This document shows positions 14,808 through 24,356 of a DNA stretch of 24,415 bases, one piece after another. Under the pieces are notes generated by a model that ran no database searches, was not told the DNA's origin, and saw nothing but the letters and a program-made list of their open reading frames with translations. The first letter of the stretch is position 1; each line of letters starts with the position of its first letter. Both the position numbers and the translations under genes were made by a program. Source of the DNA: a virus (taxonomy: Duplodnaviria > Caudoviricetes); the IMG/VR virus record IMGVR_UViG_3300035102_000425, positions 1 to 24,415 of that record, one strand, 5' to 3'.

Positions 14808-14894
14808 GGGTCCTTCCAAGGCTTTGCGGCCCAGGGGTCGGCGAAAGCCGCGGTGGTCCTCTAGCCACAGGGGGGGCTGAAAATTCGTTTCCGG
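14808..14894 (+). other. Lambda-like cos packaging site (cosQ and cosN)
   Basis: GGGTCCT (lambda cosQ sequence) at 14808-14814; GGGTCGGCGAAAGCCGCGG at 14835-14853 versus lambda GGGCGGCGACCTCGCGG; GAAAATTCGTTTCCGG at 14879-14894 versus lambda GAAAATTTTCCGG; directly upstream of terS. Confidence 0.75.
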
Positions 14895-14916
14895 TTCCGG
14901 TTTTTGGGGTGGTGAG

Positions 14917-15423
14917 ATGGACAGCTTCGAGACCAGCATCATATCTAGTAAAGACCTCGCAGGGATCCTTGGTGTCACCACCAGGCGCATCCGGCAACTG
15001 ACGCAAAACGGGGTTTTTCCGCAGGTTGCCAGGGGGAAATACGTACTGGGTGAGGCCATGCGAAGCTACATTTCCCACCTCCAGGAGAAGGCCAGGGAAG
15101 CCGCGGTCGACCCCAAGGATCTCCAGAAGGAACTCACCAGGCTTAGGAGGGCCCAGGCGGACAAGACGGAGCTCGAAGTCAAAGAGTATCGCGGAGAACT
15201 CCATCGGGCGGAGGACGTGGAAGACGTCTGGACGGAGATGCTTTCGAACTTCCGCGCAAGGATACTTGCCGTGCCTACGAAGCTTGCTCCGCAGATCCTC
15301 GGTATCGAGGACCTGAAGGAAATGCAGAAGGCGTTGAAGGATGCCGTTTATGAAGCGCTTCAGGAGTTGAGCGAGTATGATCCGGACCGGATCGCTGAGC
15401 GAGCTCGCAAGAAGCGTCGTTAA
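14917..15423 (+). CDS. terS: Terminase small subunit (Nu1-like)
   Basis: N-terminal winged HTH (SKDLAGILGVTTRRIRQL), coiled coil, RGEL...VEDVW...RARILAVP; precedes the GpA gene. Confidence 0.9.
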   Translation: MDSFETSIISSKDLAGILGVTTRRIRQLTQNGVFPQVARGKYVLGEAMRSYISHLQEKAREAAVDPKDLQKELTRLRRAQADKTELEVKEYRGELHRAEDVEDVWTEMLSNFRARILAVPTKLAPQILGIEDLKEMQKALKDAVYEALQELSEYDPDRIAERARKKRR

Positions 15424-17203
15424 GGTCGTCGCGCCTCCGCCGGATCTGACGGTATCCCAGTGGGCAGACCGGGAGCGCCGGCTTTCCAGCGAATCCAGCG
15501 CAGAACCCGGGCGGTGGAAGACGGACAGGGCGCCGTACCAGCGGGAGATCATGGACGCCCTGAACGATCCGGCCACCGAGACGATCGTCGTCATGAGCTC
15601 CGCCCAGGTGGGCAAGACGGAGATCCTCCTCAACATCATCGGCTACTACATCGACCAGGACCCGGCGCCGATCCTGCTTCTGCAGCCGACGCTCGAAATG
15701 GCCGAGGCCTTTTCGAAGGACCGCTTGGCTCCCATGCTGCGTGATACGCCGGCGCTGAAGGGGAAGGTCAAGGATCCGCGGAGCAGGGATTCGGGGAACA
15801 CCCTCTTGCACAAGCAGTTTCCCGGAGGGCATATCACCATGGCCGGCGGAAACTCTCCCGCTTCGTTGTCCTCCCGGCCCATACGGATCCTTTTGGCCGA
15901 CGAGGTCGACAGATATCCCGTTTCGGCGGGATCCGAAGGCGACCCCTTGAGCCTCGCCGAACGGCGGACGTCGAACTTCTGGAACCGCAAGAAGGTCTAC
16001 GTCAGCACGCCCGGAGTACGAGGCATGTCCAGGATCGAGGCGGCCTACGAGAACTCGACGCAGGAGCAATGGTGCCTGCCGTGTCCGTCCTGCGGAAAAC
16101 TGCAGCCACTGACGTGGGCGCAGCTGCATTTCGAGGATCTCACGCTCGAGTGCGTTCATTGCGGTGCGCGTCATACCGAGGTGGCATGGAAACGTCAGGA
16201 AGGGCAGTGGGTGGCGAGGAAGGAACACCCGGTTCGAGGGTTTCACCTGAACGCCCTTGCGTCTCCTTGGAAGACCTGGAGCGCCATTGTCGCCGAGTTC
16301 AAAGAGGCGAAACGGATCGGCCCCGAAGGGCTCAAGGCGTGGGTGAATACCGTCCTCGGCGAGACGTGGGAAGAAGAGGGAGACGTGGTCGAGGAAGACG
16401 CGCTGAGGACCAGGCAGGACCATTACGGCGCGGAGGTCCCCGACGGGGTCCTCGTGCTGACGGCCGGCGTCGACACCCAGGACGACCGACTCGAGGTCGA
16501 AGTGGTCGGCTGGGGGCTCGGAAAAGAATCCTGGTCGATCGAATACAGGACCATCTACGGAGATCCCGGGCAGAACGCGGTCTGGGAACAGCTGGACGAA
16601 TTTCTGGGTCGTTTCTGGAGCTTTACTTCGGGGCAGCTGATCGGGATTTCCTGCACGTGCGTCGACTCGGGCGGACACTTTACCGACCAGGTGTATCGGT
16701 TCTGCAAGGCGCGGGAGCACCGGAGGATCTTCGCGATCAAGGGGAAGGGCGGTCCAGGCAATCCCGCCATCGTCGGAAAACCCACGAGAAACAACAGGCA
16801 CCGGACGGCCCTTTTCACGCTCGGCGTGGACACGCTGAAGGAGCTTTTTTTCTCGCGTCTCAAGGTGGAGGACCCTGGGCCGGGATATTGCCATTTCCCG
16901 AAGGGCCCGGAAAAAGGCCATGACAGGGCCTATTACCTGGGGATCACATCGGAAAAGAAGATGCTCCGTTACAGGAAAGGGCGACCCTACATCGAGTGGG
17001 TGAAGCGGGGGTCCGGGATCCGGAACGAACCGCTTGACTGTCGAATCTACGCGACGGGGGCCCTGGAGATCTTCAATCCCGATCTCGAGAAACTGGCCAA
17101 AAGTGGCCCGAAGGCACGGCGCTATGCCCAAAACTCTCCCATGACGGCGCAGCGGATGCATGTGGGCCGGCGCCGCAGGGTCATCAGCAAGGGTATCGGT
17201 TAG
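15377..17203 (+). CDS. terL: Terminase large subunit, GpA family
   Basis: TVSQWAD, PYQREIMD, Walker A SAQVGKTE, Walker B LLADEVD, STP, CPSCG, GVDTQDDR, DSGG, RNEPLDC. Confidence 0.97.
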   Translation: MIRTGSLSELARSVVKVVAPPPDLTVSQWADRERRLSSESSAEPGRWKTDRAPYQREIMDALNDPATETIVVMSSAQVGKTEILLNIIGYYIDQDPAPILLLQPTLEMAEAFSKDRLAPMLRDTPALKGKVKDPRSRDSGNTLLHKQFPGGHITMAGGNSPASLSSRPIRILLADEVDRYPVSAGSEGDPLSLAERRTSNFWNRKKVYVSTPGVRGMSRIEAAYENSTQEQWCLPCPSCGKLQPLTWAQLHFEDLTLECVHCGARHTEVAWKRQEGQWVARKEHPVRGFHLNALASPWKTWSAIVAEFKEAKRIGPEGLKAWVNTVLGETWEEEGDVVEEDALRTRQDHYGAEVPDGVLVLTAGVDTQDDRLEVEVVGWGLGKESWSIEYRTIYGDPGQNAVWEQLDEFLGRFWSFTSGQLIGISCTCVDSGGHFTDQVYRFCKAREHRRIFAIKGKGGPGNPAIVGKPTRNNRHRTALFTLGVDTLKELFFSRLKVEDPGPGYCHFPKGPEKGHDRAYYLGITSEKKMLRYRKGRPYIEWVKRGSGIRNEPLDCRIYATGALEIFNPDLEKLAKSGPKARRYAQNSPMTAQRMHVGRRRRVISKGIG

Positions 17204-17213
17204 GGGTGAAAAC

Positions 17214-17444
17214 ATGGCCGAATGGACACTGACTGAGGCACAGCAGCACCTGGACGATTGGCTCGAGGCCGAGCGGGCCCTCGCGACTGGCCAATCCTAC
17301 AACATGAACGGCTATTCGCTGACGCGGGCGGACTTGCAGACCGTCCGGGACCGGATCAATTTCTGGCGCGCCGAAGTGACCCGGCTTACGGCCGGACGAA
17401 AGAGCGGGCCGAAAATCTTCCGCGTCGTTCCGAGGGATCTGTGA
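17214..17444 (+). CDS. Head-tail joining protein, gpW-like (DUF6148-type)
   Basis: 76 aa between TerL and portal; GQSY...SLTRADL motif. Confidence 0.85.
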   Translation: MAEWTLTEAQQHLDDWLEAERALATGQSYNMNGYSLTRADLQTVRDRINFWRAEVTRLTAGRKSGPKIFRVVPRDL

Positions 17445-19027
17445 TGAGCATCGTCGACAGGCTCGTAGGGATCGTGTCCCCGGAGCGTGAGGAAAAGCGT
17501 CTGGCTGCCAGGGTTCGCGTGAGCACGATACGGCGGTTCATGAACAAGGGCTACGACCAGCACGGGGCGAGCGTGGCCAAAAAGATCCTCCGCGGGTGGC
17601 GGACACAGGCCGGCGATCCCGACGACGACATCGTCAAGAATCTGGCCAAGCTCCGGGAACGCTCCCGGGACCTTTGGATGGGGGAATCCCTCGCCACGGG
17701 GGCCCTGAAGACGATCCGGACTAACGTCGTCGGTCCGGGGCTGGTACCGAACGCCATGATCCGAAACGACATCCTCGGCCTGACGGAGGACAAGAAGAGC
17801 GAATGGGAGCGCCGCGTCGAGGAACTCTGGACCTACTGGGCCGGCTCGACGGAATGCGATATCCGGAGGATGCACACTTTCGGGATGTTGCAGGGGCTCG
17901 CCATGCTCTCGGTTCTCATGAACGGAGACGCTTTCGTCTTGCTGCCCATGATTCCCAGGGACGGGAGCCTCTTCGACCTTCGGGTCCGGCTGATCGAATC
18001 GGACCGGGTCGGTGACCCGTCGCCGAAGCCGAAGGATGCGGACGTGCTCGGGGGCGTCGAAGTCGACGGAAACGGATGCCCTCGAGCCTACTGGATCGCG
18101 AACCGGCATCCCGCAGGAAGCGGGACGGGACAGATCAAATACGAACGGCTGGACGCCTTCGGAAAGGATTCTGGCAGGCGGAACATCCTGCATCTCATCG
18201 ATCCGGAACGCATCGAGCAGCGCCGCGGGGTGCCCGTCTTGGCGCCGGTGATCGGGGACCTGAAGCAGCTCAGCAGGTACAAGGAAGCGGAACTCGTCGC
18301 TGCCGTGGTCAGCGGATACTTTACGGTTTTCGTCAAGACGCCGGTACCGGGCGCGGAATCGCTCGGCGAGGCGATCCCTCTGGAAGACCAGGTGGATGCC
18401 GACGACGCGACCACGATAGAACTCGGCAACGGGTCCGTCGTGGGGCTTGCTCCAGGGGAGGATATCACCACGGCGAGCCCGAGCCGGCCGAACTCGAATT
18501 TCGAGAGCTTCGTGGCCTCGATCAGCCGGCAGATCGGAGCGGCCCTGGATCTGCCCTACGAGGTCCTGATCAAGCATTTTACGGCCAGTTATTCGGCCTC
18601 GAGGGGAGCGCTTCTGGAGGCCTGGAAGTTCTTCAAGGTCCGGAGGGCCTGGCTGGCGGCCATGAAATGCCAGCCGATCTACGAAGAGTTCGTCACCGAA
18701 GCGGTAGCCCGTGGGTATCTCGAAGCCCCGGGCTTTTTTGATGATCCCTTGGTCCGGTGGGCCTATACGCGGGCGGACTGGAACGGGCCCACCCAGGGAC
18801 AGCTGGATCCGCTGAAAGAAGCCAAGGCCGCGAAGATCCGCGTCGATGAAGGCTTTTCTACCAGGGCCCGTGAGACTGCGGAAATGACCGGCGGCGACTG
18901 GGAGTCCTTCCACGCGCAGCGCGTCAAGGAGGAACGAATGCGACGTGAGGCGGGATTCGGACCGTCCGAGCCGATGCCGGAAGAGAGGGATGACGATGTC
19001 ACAGAAGGCGACATCACGACAGAGTAA
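17444..19027 (+). CDS. Portal protein, lambda family
   Basis: LRERSRDL, NVVGPGL, GGVEVD, EQRRGVP, SYSASR, LDPLKEA; TGATG coupling to the upstream gene. Confidence 0.96.
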   Translation: MSIVDRLVGIVSPEREEKRLAARVRVSTIRRFMNKGYDQHGASVAKKILRGWRTQAGDPDDDIVKNLAKLRERSRDLWMGESLATGALKTIRTNVVGPGLVPNAMIRNDILGLTEDKKSEWERRVEELWTYWAGSTECDIRRMHTFGMLQGLAMLSVLMNGDAFVLLPMIPRDGSLFDLRVRLIESDRVGDPSPKPKDADVLGGVEVDGNGCPRAYWIANRHPAGSGTGQIKYERLDAFGKDSGRRNILHLIDPERIEQRRGVPVLAPVIGDLKQLSRYKEAELVAAVVSGYFTVFVKTPVPGAESLGEAIPLEDQVDADDATTIELGNGSVVGLAPGEDITTASPSRPNSNFESFVASISRQIGAALDLPYEVLIKHFTASYSASRGALLEAWKFFKVRRAWLAAMKCQPIYEEFVTEAVARGYLEAPGFFDDPLVRWAYTRADWNGPTQGQLDPLKEAKAAKIRVDEGFSTRARETAEMTGGDWESFHAQRVKEERMRREAGFGPSEPMPEERDDDVTEGDITTE

Positions 19028-19082
19028 GGAAAGGGGCAAAGAGGGGCCCGATCGAACACATACGGCCGGAGGGAGGGAGGAA

Positions 19083-20180
19083 ATGCCGAAACGTTTCTGG
19101 AATTTCAGGGCGCAGGAAAACGGGGTGGCGGAACTTCTGCTTTACGGGGTGATCGACGAAGACGAATCCTGGGGTGGAGTCGGGGCACGGGAGTTCGCGA
19201 AGGAGCTGAAAGGGCTCGGCGACGTCCGGGAGATCCGGGTACGGATCAATTCTTCGGGCGGATACGTTTTCGCCGGTCAGGCGATCTATTCGACGCTCAA
19301 GCGGCATAAGGCCACGGTGACGGTGTACGTGGACGGTCTCGCCGCATCCATCGCGAGCGTCATCGCCATGGCGGGAGACAGGGTCATCATGCCGAAAAAC
19401 GCGCTCATGATGGTCCACAACCCCTGGGGGCTCGCCGTCGGCGACGCGGAGGACATGCGCAAGACGGCGGAGGTCCTCGATACCATAACGGAGACGATCA
19501 TTTCCGCCTACCAGGACAAGACGGGACTGGAGCGCGACGACATCCTGGAGCTCATGGAAGCCGAGACATGGATGACCGCCCAGGATGCCCTGGATTGGGG
19601 CTTCATCGACGAGATCGAAGGGGAAGGGCAGATCGCGGCCTCCGTCCGTGGTCGGCAGCTGGTGGTCAAGTCCGGAATCGGCGAGGCCAGGCTTTCCCTG
19701 GAATCGCTCAAGCAGACGGAGGAGCTGAAGAGGAAAGTTGCGGCCTTGCCGGCCGCTCGAGATGAAAGGCCAGGATGTGGCGAAACGATTGAACCGGAAG
19801 GAGGAGCGGTAATGAACCTTGAAGAGCTGGCGGAGCAGTATCCCGAGCTCCTGGAAGAAATCCGGAACCAGGCCCGAACGGAAGGGGCAAAGCAGGAGCG
19901 GGAGCGGATCAGGGCGATCGAGGATCTGGCGGTGAAGGGCTTCGAGGAGATCGTGACGAAGGCGAAGTTCGAGGAGCCTAAACAGCCCGAGGACGTGGCC
20001 GTTGAGATCGTCAAGGCCCAGAAGCAGCGGGGCGAGAAGGTGCTTGAAGACCTTCGCAAGGATGCGAAGGCCCTCGAGGGTGTGCAGCCCGGGGCGACGG
20101 AACTCGACGCCGGAAAAGGCGAAGAGGATGAAGTCGATGACATGGCTTCAAAGATCGCTCTGGCGTTCAGGCGGCGGTAG
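19083..20180 (+). CDS. ClpP-like head maturation protease with C-terminal scaffold region
   Basis: GGAGG RBS; RINSSGG, DGLAASIAS (Ser), MMVHNP (His), ETWMTAQDA..WGFID. Confidence 0.95.
   Translation: MPKRFWNFRAQENGVAELLLYGVIDEDESWGGVGAREFAKELKGLGDVREIRVRINSSGGYVFAGQAIYSTLKRHKATVTVYVDGLAASIASVIAMAGDRVIMPKNALMMVHNPWGLAVGDAEDMRKTAEVLDTITETIISAYQDKTGLERDDILELMEAETWMTAQDALDWGFIDEIEGEGQIAASVRGRQLVVKSGIGEARLSLESLKQTEELKRKVAALPAARDERPGCGETIEPEGGAVMNLEELAEQYPELLEEIRNQARTEGAKQERERIRAIEDLAVKGFEEIVTKAKFEEPKQPEDVAVEIVKAQKQRGEKVLEDLRKDAKALEGVQPGATELDAGKGEEDEVDDMASKIALAFRRR
19812..20180 (+). CDS. Putative nested in-frame scaffolding protein (lambda Nu3-like)
   Basis: Internal AGGAGGAG RBS before in-frame ATG 19812 (MNLEELAEQYPEL...ERERIRAIE). 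Confidence 0.6.
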   Translation: MNLEELAEQYPELLEEIRNQARTEGAKQERERIRAIEDLAVKGFEEIVTKAKFEEPKQPEDVAVEIVKAQKQRGEKVLEDLRKDAKALEGVQPGATELDAGKGEEDEVDDMASKIALAFRRR

Positions 20181-20213
20181 GCCGCGAAATGACGGAAAAG
20201 GGGTGAACGTGAA

Positions 20214-20855
20214 ATGAGTGAAATCTACACGCCGGCGAATCTGTTTGCCGGAAGTTCCATGCCCATCGTGTCCGGAACGATGATCCTGGCGTCGGGGCAG
20301 AACCTTGCGCGGGGGTCCGTGCTGGGCAAGGTAACGAAAGCTTTGGGGTCCGTCGTCTCCGGATCGAACACCGGCGACGGCGAACTCTCCGGGATCGCCC
20401 TCGGCGCAAGGGCGCAGATCGGAAGCTATGCGCTGGTCTGTATCGCTGCGCCGTCCGGAGCGGGCGCGAACGATGCGGTCTTCGCCGTCTATGCACCCGA
20501 CGGGTCGCGTCTGGAGGATGCAGTTCAGGGCGTAGCCTACGCGAACGGGCACCTGGAGTTCACCATCGGGAACGCGACCGCCGCGGATTTCGCGGTGGAT
20601 GACAGCTTTGCCGTTCCCGTGACGGCCGGGTCCGGGTACGCCAAGCTCGTCGACAGCGCGAACGTGGACGGCAGCGCGGAGCCCGTGGCGATCCTGGCTG
20701 ACGATGTGGAGGCCACGGGAGGGGACAAGCCCGCACCGGTGTATCTGACGGGCGAATTCAACGAGGATGCCCTGACCTTCGGAGGCAGCGACGATGCGGA
20801 TACGCATCGCGACGCCCTTCGGGATCTCGGGATCCTCCTCAAGACGATCGGATAA
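20214..20855 (+). CDS. Head decoration protein (gpD/HDPD-like) with internal insertion
   Basis: GQNLARGSVLG and DGSAEPVAILADD...VYLTGEFNEDAL...LRDLGI halves flank about 100 aa of Gly/Ala-rich beta sequence; lies between protease and capsid. Confidence 0.85.
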   Translation: MSEIYTPANLFAGSSMPIVSGTMILASGQNLARGSVLGKVTKALGSVVSGSNTGDGELSGIALGARAQIGSYALVCIAAPSGAGANDAVFAVYAPDGSRLEDAVQGVAYANGHLEFTIGNATAADFAVDDSFAVPVTAGSGYAKLVDSANVDGSAEPVAILADDVEATGGDKPAPVYLTGEFNEDALTFGGSDDADTHRDALRDLGILLKTIG

Positions 20856-20868
20856 GGGGGTGGCATGA

Positions 20869-21897
20869 ATGCCCATCAGCATTTTTGAAACGCGCACCAT
20901 GCTCAAGGCCCTGGAGCAGAGACCGGCGCCGAAGACCTTCATCCGGGATATGTTCTTCAGGGACGTGGAATATTCCGACACGTCGAAAGTCGATGTGGAT
21001 GTCCAGAAGGGGACCAGGAAAATGGCGCCATTCGTTTCGCCCGTTCTGGCCGGGAAGGTTCTGGCGAACCAGGGTTTTACCACGCACACCTTCGAGGCTC
21101 CGCTTCTGAAGCCGAAAAAGCAGACCACCGCGGAAGACATCCTGAACCGGCTGCCCGGGGAGGCGCTCTATTCCGGCATGTCTCCCGACGAGCGGGCCGC
21201 GGTGAAGCTCGGAAAGGATCTTGCCGAGCTCGACGACGCCATCCTCAGAAGGGAAGAGTGGATGTGCGCCCAAGCACTTTTCGCCGGGAAGATCGCCGTG
21301 GAGGGCGAGGGCGTTAGTTACGAGATCGATTTCTCCGTTCCTTCGGACGCGCTGATCGGGGACGCCCTCTGGAGCGCCGAAGCGTCGAACCCGCTGGATA
21401 CGCTGCGCCTGTTCTTCGGCGAGGTGGTGAAAGGGTCCGGCGTGAATCCCGACGTCTGCATTATGGCGCCCGACGTGGTGCCCTATTTCCTCAACCATGC
21501 CAAGGTGCAGAATCTGCTCGACAAGCGTCTCATCAACACGGGGCAGATCGATCCGAAGCAGCTTCCGAACGGGGCGACCTACCTAGGGCACATCAACGAG
21601 CTGGGTCTCGACGTCTACTCCTATCTGGAGTGGTACGTGGACGACACCGGAACCCAGCAGCCCATGGTTCCGGAGAAGAAAGTCCTTCTCGGGTCCACCA
21701 GGGCCCAGACGGTCATGAACTACGGAGCGGTCGTCACGAAGGACGAATCCGGCCAGATGGTGACGTACATGGCGAACCGGGTGCCCCGCAGCTGGGTCGA
21801 CGACGATCCGGTCGTGAGGTGGGTGCAGCTCCAGAGCCGGCCCTTGCCGGTACCGACCCAGGTCGATGCCTTCTACGTGATCGAGGTGATCTCCTGA
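20869..21897 (+). CDS. Major capsid protein, lambda gpE family
   Basis: MAPFVSP, RREEWMCAQAL..GK, QSRPLPVP; 342 aa in the expected position. Confidence 0.95.
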   Translation: MPISIFETRTMLKALEQRPAPKTFIRDMFFRDVEYSDTSKVDVDVQKGTRKMAPFVSPVLAGKVLANQGFTTHTFEAPLLKPKKQTTAEDILNRLPGEALYSGMSPDERAAVKLGKDLAELDDAILRREEWMCAQALFAGKIAVEGEGVSYEIDFSVPSDALIGDALWSAEASNPLDTLRLFFGEVVKGSGVNPDVCIMAPDVVPYFLNHAKVQNLLDKRLINTGQIDPKQLPNGATYLGHINELGLDVYSYLEWYVDDTGTQQPMVPEKKVLLGSTRAQTVMNYGAVVTKDESGQMVTYMANRVPRSWVDDDPVVRWVQLQSRPLPVPTQVDAFYVIEVIS

Positions 21898-22181
21898 TGA
21901 TACGGGCCCTGAAACGCCTCAGATCGCTCAGGGCCCTCTACCTGCCCGGGGACGAGATCCCCGGGCTTTCTCACGAAGAGGAGAAACGGCTGATCGAAAA
22001 AGGGTATGCCGAACGAGTTGCCGAAACCAAAAATGATGAACCGGAAAAAACTGTCGCAAAAGATCCGGAGCCCGTCGCCGAAAAGGCGAAAGCCGATGAG
22101 GAGGCTATATTGAAAACGTCCGGCAAACCCGAGACTAAAACGCCGAGGAAACGGGGGTCAGGAAAGAAGGGATCTGAATGA
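21897..22181 (+). CDS. Small post-capsid protein (FI-position packaging chaperone-like)
   Basis: TGATG coupling; YLPGDEI...RLIEKGYAE followed by a Lys/Glu-rich disordered tail. Confidence 0.7.
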   Translation: MIRALKRLRSLRALYLPGDEIPGLSHEEEKRLIEKGYAERVAETKNDEPEKTVAKDPEPVAEKAKADEEAILKTSGKPETKTPRKRGSGKKGSE

Positions 22182-22495
22182 ACTTCAAAGACCAGGTCCG
22201 GGCGGACTTGGAGACCCTCCTGGGTGGGGAATTCGCCGAAGACGTGGAGATAGAGGGCGCGATGGTGTCCGCCGTCGTGTCCAGGGATGCGGCGCCCGAA
22301 TCGGGAAACGAGTTGGCTTCGGAGGGGAGCTCCGCGCGAGCGACGGTTTTCCTGTCGGCCAAAGAGGTCGACAAGCCCCAGCGCGGGGACGTCGTCAAGG
22401 ATTCGGGCGGCGTGGTCTGGAAGGTCGTCCAGGTACGGCCTTTACCCGGGGCCTATAGTCTCCTTTGCGTCTCGGAAGAGAACCCCTGGGGGTGA
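22178..22495 (+). CDS. Head-closure protein (FII-like)
   Basis: MNFKDQVRADL...EFAE, KPQRGDVV...WKV; position and size. Confidence 0.75.
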   Translation: MNFKDQVRADLETLLGGEFAEDVEIEGAMVSAVVSRDAAPESGNELASEGSSARATVFLSAKEVDKPQRGDVVKDSGGVVWKVVQVRPLPGAYSLLCVSEENPWG

Positions 22496-22499
22496 CGCC

Positions 22500-23099
22500 A
22501 TGAAGACCACCGTTGAAGTCAAGGACGAGGCGAGCCCTTGGCTCGAGTGGGCTGCGGAAGCCTTTCCGAATTTCACCAGGTCGGCCTTGAAAAGCACCGG
22601 CTGGTGGCTCTCGCGGGAGATCAAAAAGGGCATCCGGTCCGGGGCCCCGGGAGGAAAGCGATACCCGAAACGGATGGAAGCCAAGCGGCGGCGACCGCTG
22701 GAAGCCCGGTTCGGGGGCCAGGCGAAACGAATGTACCCGTGGCTTGGCCAGTTGCCGAAGGCGGTGGGGTATCAATACCAGAAGGGCGACAACTCGGTTC
22801 TGGTGGGCCCATTGAGTCCGAGCGCCGTCAAGCTATTCGAAAAGCACGAAAGCGGTTCCAAAAGTCCGGCGACGCAAAAGGTGCGTCGCGCGTTTTTCGC
22901 CGCCGGAGTCGGGATCAGCAAGAGCAAGCGGACCATCGACCTGCCGGCGAGGCCGACGATCGGGCCCATTTTCGAGGCCTACGAGTCGAAGATCGTGCCC
23001 CATATCGAGGAGAAGATCTGGGGCTACCTGACAGGGAACAAATCCAGGAGCAAAAGAACATTGGTCCGGAAATACCGGGTCGTGAAACGATGGTTTTAG
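22500..23099 (+). CDS. Neck / tail completion protein (gpZ-position, basic)
   Basis: Basic 199 aa with LPARPTIGP motif; GGGGTG RBS before ATG 22500. Confidence 0.7.
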   Translation: MKTTVEVKDEASPWLEWAAEAFPNFTRSALKSTGWWLSREIKKGIRSGAPGGKRYPKRMEAKRRRPLEARFGGQAKRMYPWLGQLPKAVGYQYQKGDNSVLVGPLSPSAVKLFEKHESGSKSPATQKVRRAFFAAGVGISKSKRTIDLPARPTIGPIFEAYESKIVPHIEEKIWGYLTGNKSRSKRTLVRKYRVVKRWF

Positions 23100-23105
23100 G
23101 GAGGG

Positions 23106-23558
23106 GTGCCAGTGACATTGAGAGATCTGGCCCGGAGCGTGCTCGGGCATATCCGGGACGATGCGGACGTTCGGGCGTGGTGTCTGGCGCAGTACGGAAA
23201 GAACATCTCCCTTTTCTTCGGCATCGGCGGCACACCTGACACGAACCCGAAGGATGATGATCTTCCCCTGGCGATCGTCACGGAAGGGAACATCGTCTAC
23301 GGCGCCGGCGGAAAGCCGGAATCGGCGACGATTACGCTGGGGTGGGAGGTCAAGACGCAGGGAAGCTCCGATGAAGAGGGTATTCGTGAAGTCGGAGGCA
23401 CGAAGGACTCCGACGACCTCGGAGAGCTGATCGCTGCGGCTATCCACGTGGTGGAGCGGGAATATTCCGTGACGTCCGTGGAAATGGCGCCGGCCACGAC
23501 GGGCGAATGGGCGCCTCGCTTTCCGGGCGTCATGACCGTTTCGATGCAGCTCAGGTAA
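23106..23558 (+). CDS. Putative tail terminator protein (gpU-position)
   Basis: Acidic 150 aa immediately before the tail tube gene; function inferred from position only. Confidence 0.6.
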   Translation: MPVTLRDLARSVLGHIRDDADVRAWCLAQYGKNISLFFGIGGTPDTNPKDDDLPLAIVTEGNIVYGAGGKPESATITLGWEVKTQGSSDEEGIREVGGTKDSDDLGELIAAAIHVVEREYSVTSVEMAPATTGEWAPRFPGVMTVSMQLR

Positions 23559-23579
23559 GGGATCACCTGAAAGGGGTGA

Positions 23580-24350
23580 ATGAATGTGGCGAATGTGCTG
23601 AACCCCAATGACATCATCATTGGGACAGGGAAATTGTACATCGACGGTGTGGACGTGGGGCAGCTCGAGGGTGAGGTCCAGTTCACCCACGGCAAGAACT
23701 ATTACGAGAAACAGGCGGGATTTCCCGCCACGACGATCCTTAAGATCATCCAGGAAGAGACCTGTATCGCGAACGTTTCCCTCCTCGAGGCGAACCTGAG
23801 CAGACTCAGATCCCTCATGGACGAATACGCCGAATACACGGCCACGACCGGATCCGCAAGCGTTACCGCGGAAGAGGTGGCGGTGAACGCGAGCAAGAAT
23901 ACCAAGCTTTCCCACGAGTTTCTGACCGGGACGATCACCGTCACGGATGCACTCGACAACCCGCTCGCCGAGGGGACCGATTACTACCTGGATCGACTTG
24001 ACGGCCAGATTTGCCGCGTTTCCGGTTCCGTGAACATCGATGACGGTGACACCGTGAAAGTGAGCTACGACTATGTGACGCACGCCGAGTCGGGCTTCGG
24101 TTTCGGCGGTGCCGGTTCGGAATCCACAGAACACCAGCTCGTTTTCGTCCACAAGAAGAGAGACGGAACCTACCGGGTCGTCAAGATCTGGAAGGCGAAA
24201 GTGGGCGGCGATTTCGTCCTCGGATTCAATGACGCCGATGTGAGCCCCATAGAGCTCGAGATCTCGGCCGTCGCCGATTCGACGAAGGCAGCTGGACAGC
24301 AGTTCGGCCTTGTCTACGAGACGGAGACTCCGCCCTTCGGCGGGTGGTGA
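23580..24350 (+). CDS. Major tail tube protein with inserted beta domain
   Basis: IIIGTGKLYIDG.DVG..EG.V.F, SLLEAN, VKIWKA; insertion with GTDYYLD...GQI...VKVSYDY. Confidence 0.8.
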   Translation: MNVANVLNPNDIIIGTGKLYIDGVDVGQLEGEVQFTHGKNYYEKQAGFPATTILKIIQEETCIANVSLLEANLSRLRSLMDEYAEYTATTGSASVTAEEVAVNASKNTKLSHEFLTGTITVTDALDNPLAEGTDYYLDRLDGQICRVSGSVNIDDGDTVKVSYDYVTHAESGFGFGGAGSESTEHQLVFVHKKRDGTYRVVKIWKAKVGGDFVLGFNDADVSPIELEISAVADSTKAAGQQFGLVYETETPPFGGW

Positions 24351-24356
24351 TAGCTA

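Noticed and set aside
14534-15001. 155-aa plus-strand ORF before terS (for example an HNH gene)
   Set aside because: No HNH or other motif; it runs across the promoter, hairpins and cos and overlaps terS out of frame.
15275-19039. Long minus-strand ORFs (646 aa and 575 aa)
   Set aside because: Antisense shadows of terminase and portal.
22833-24152. 439-aa minus-strand ORF
   Set aside because: Antisense shadow of the tail genes.
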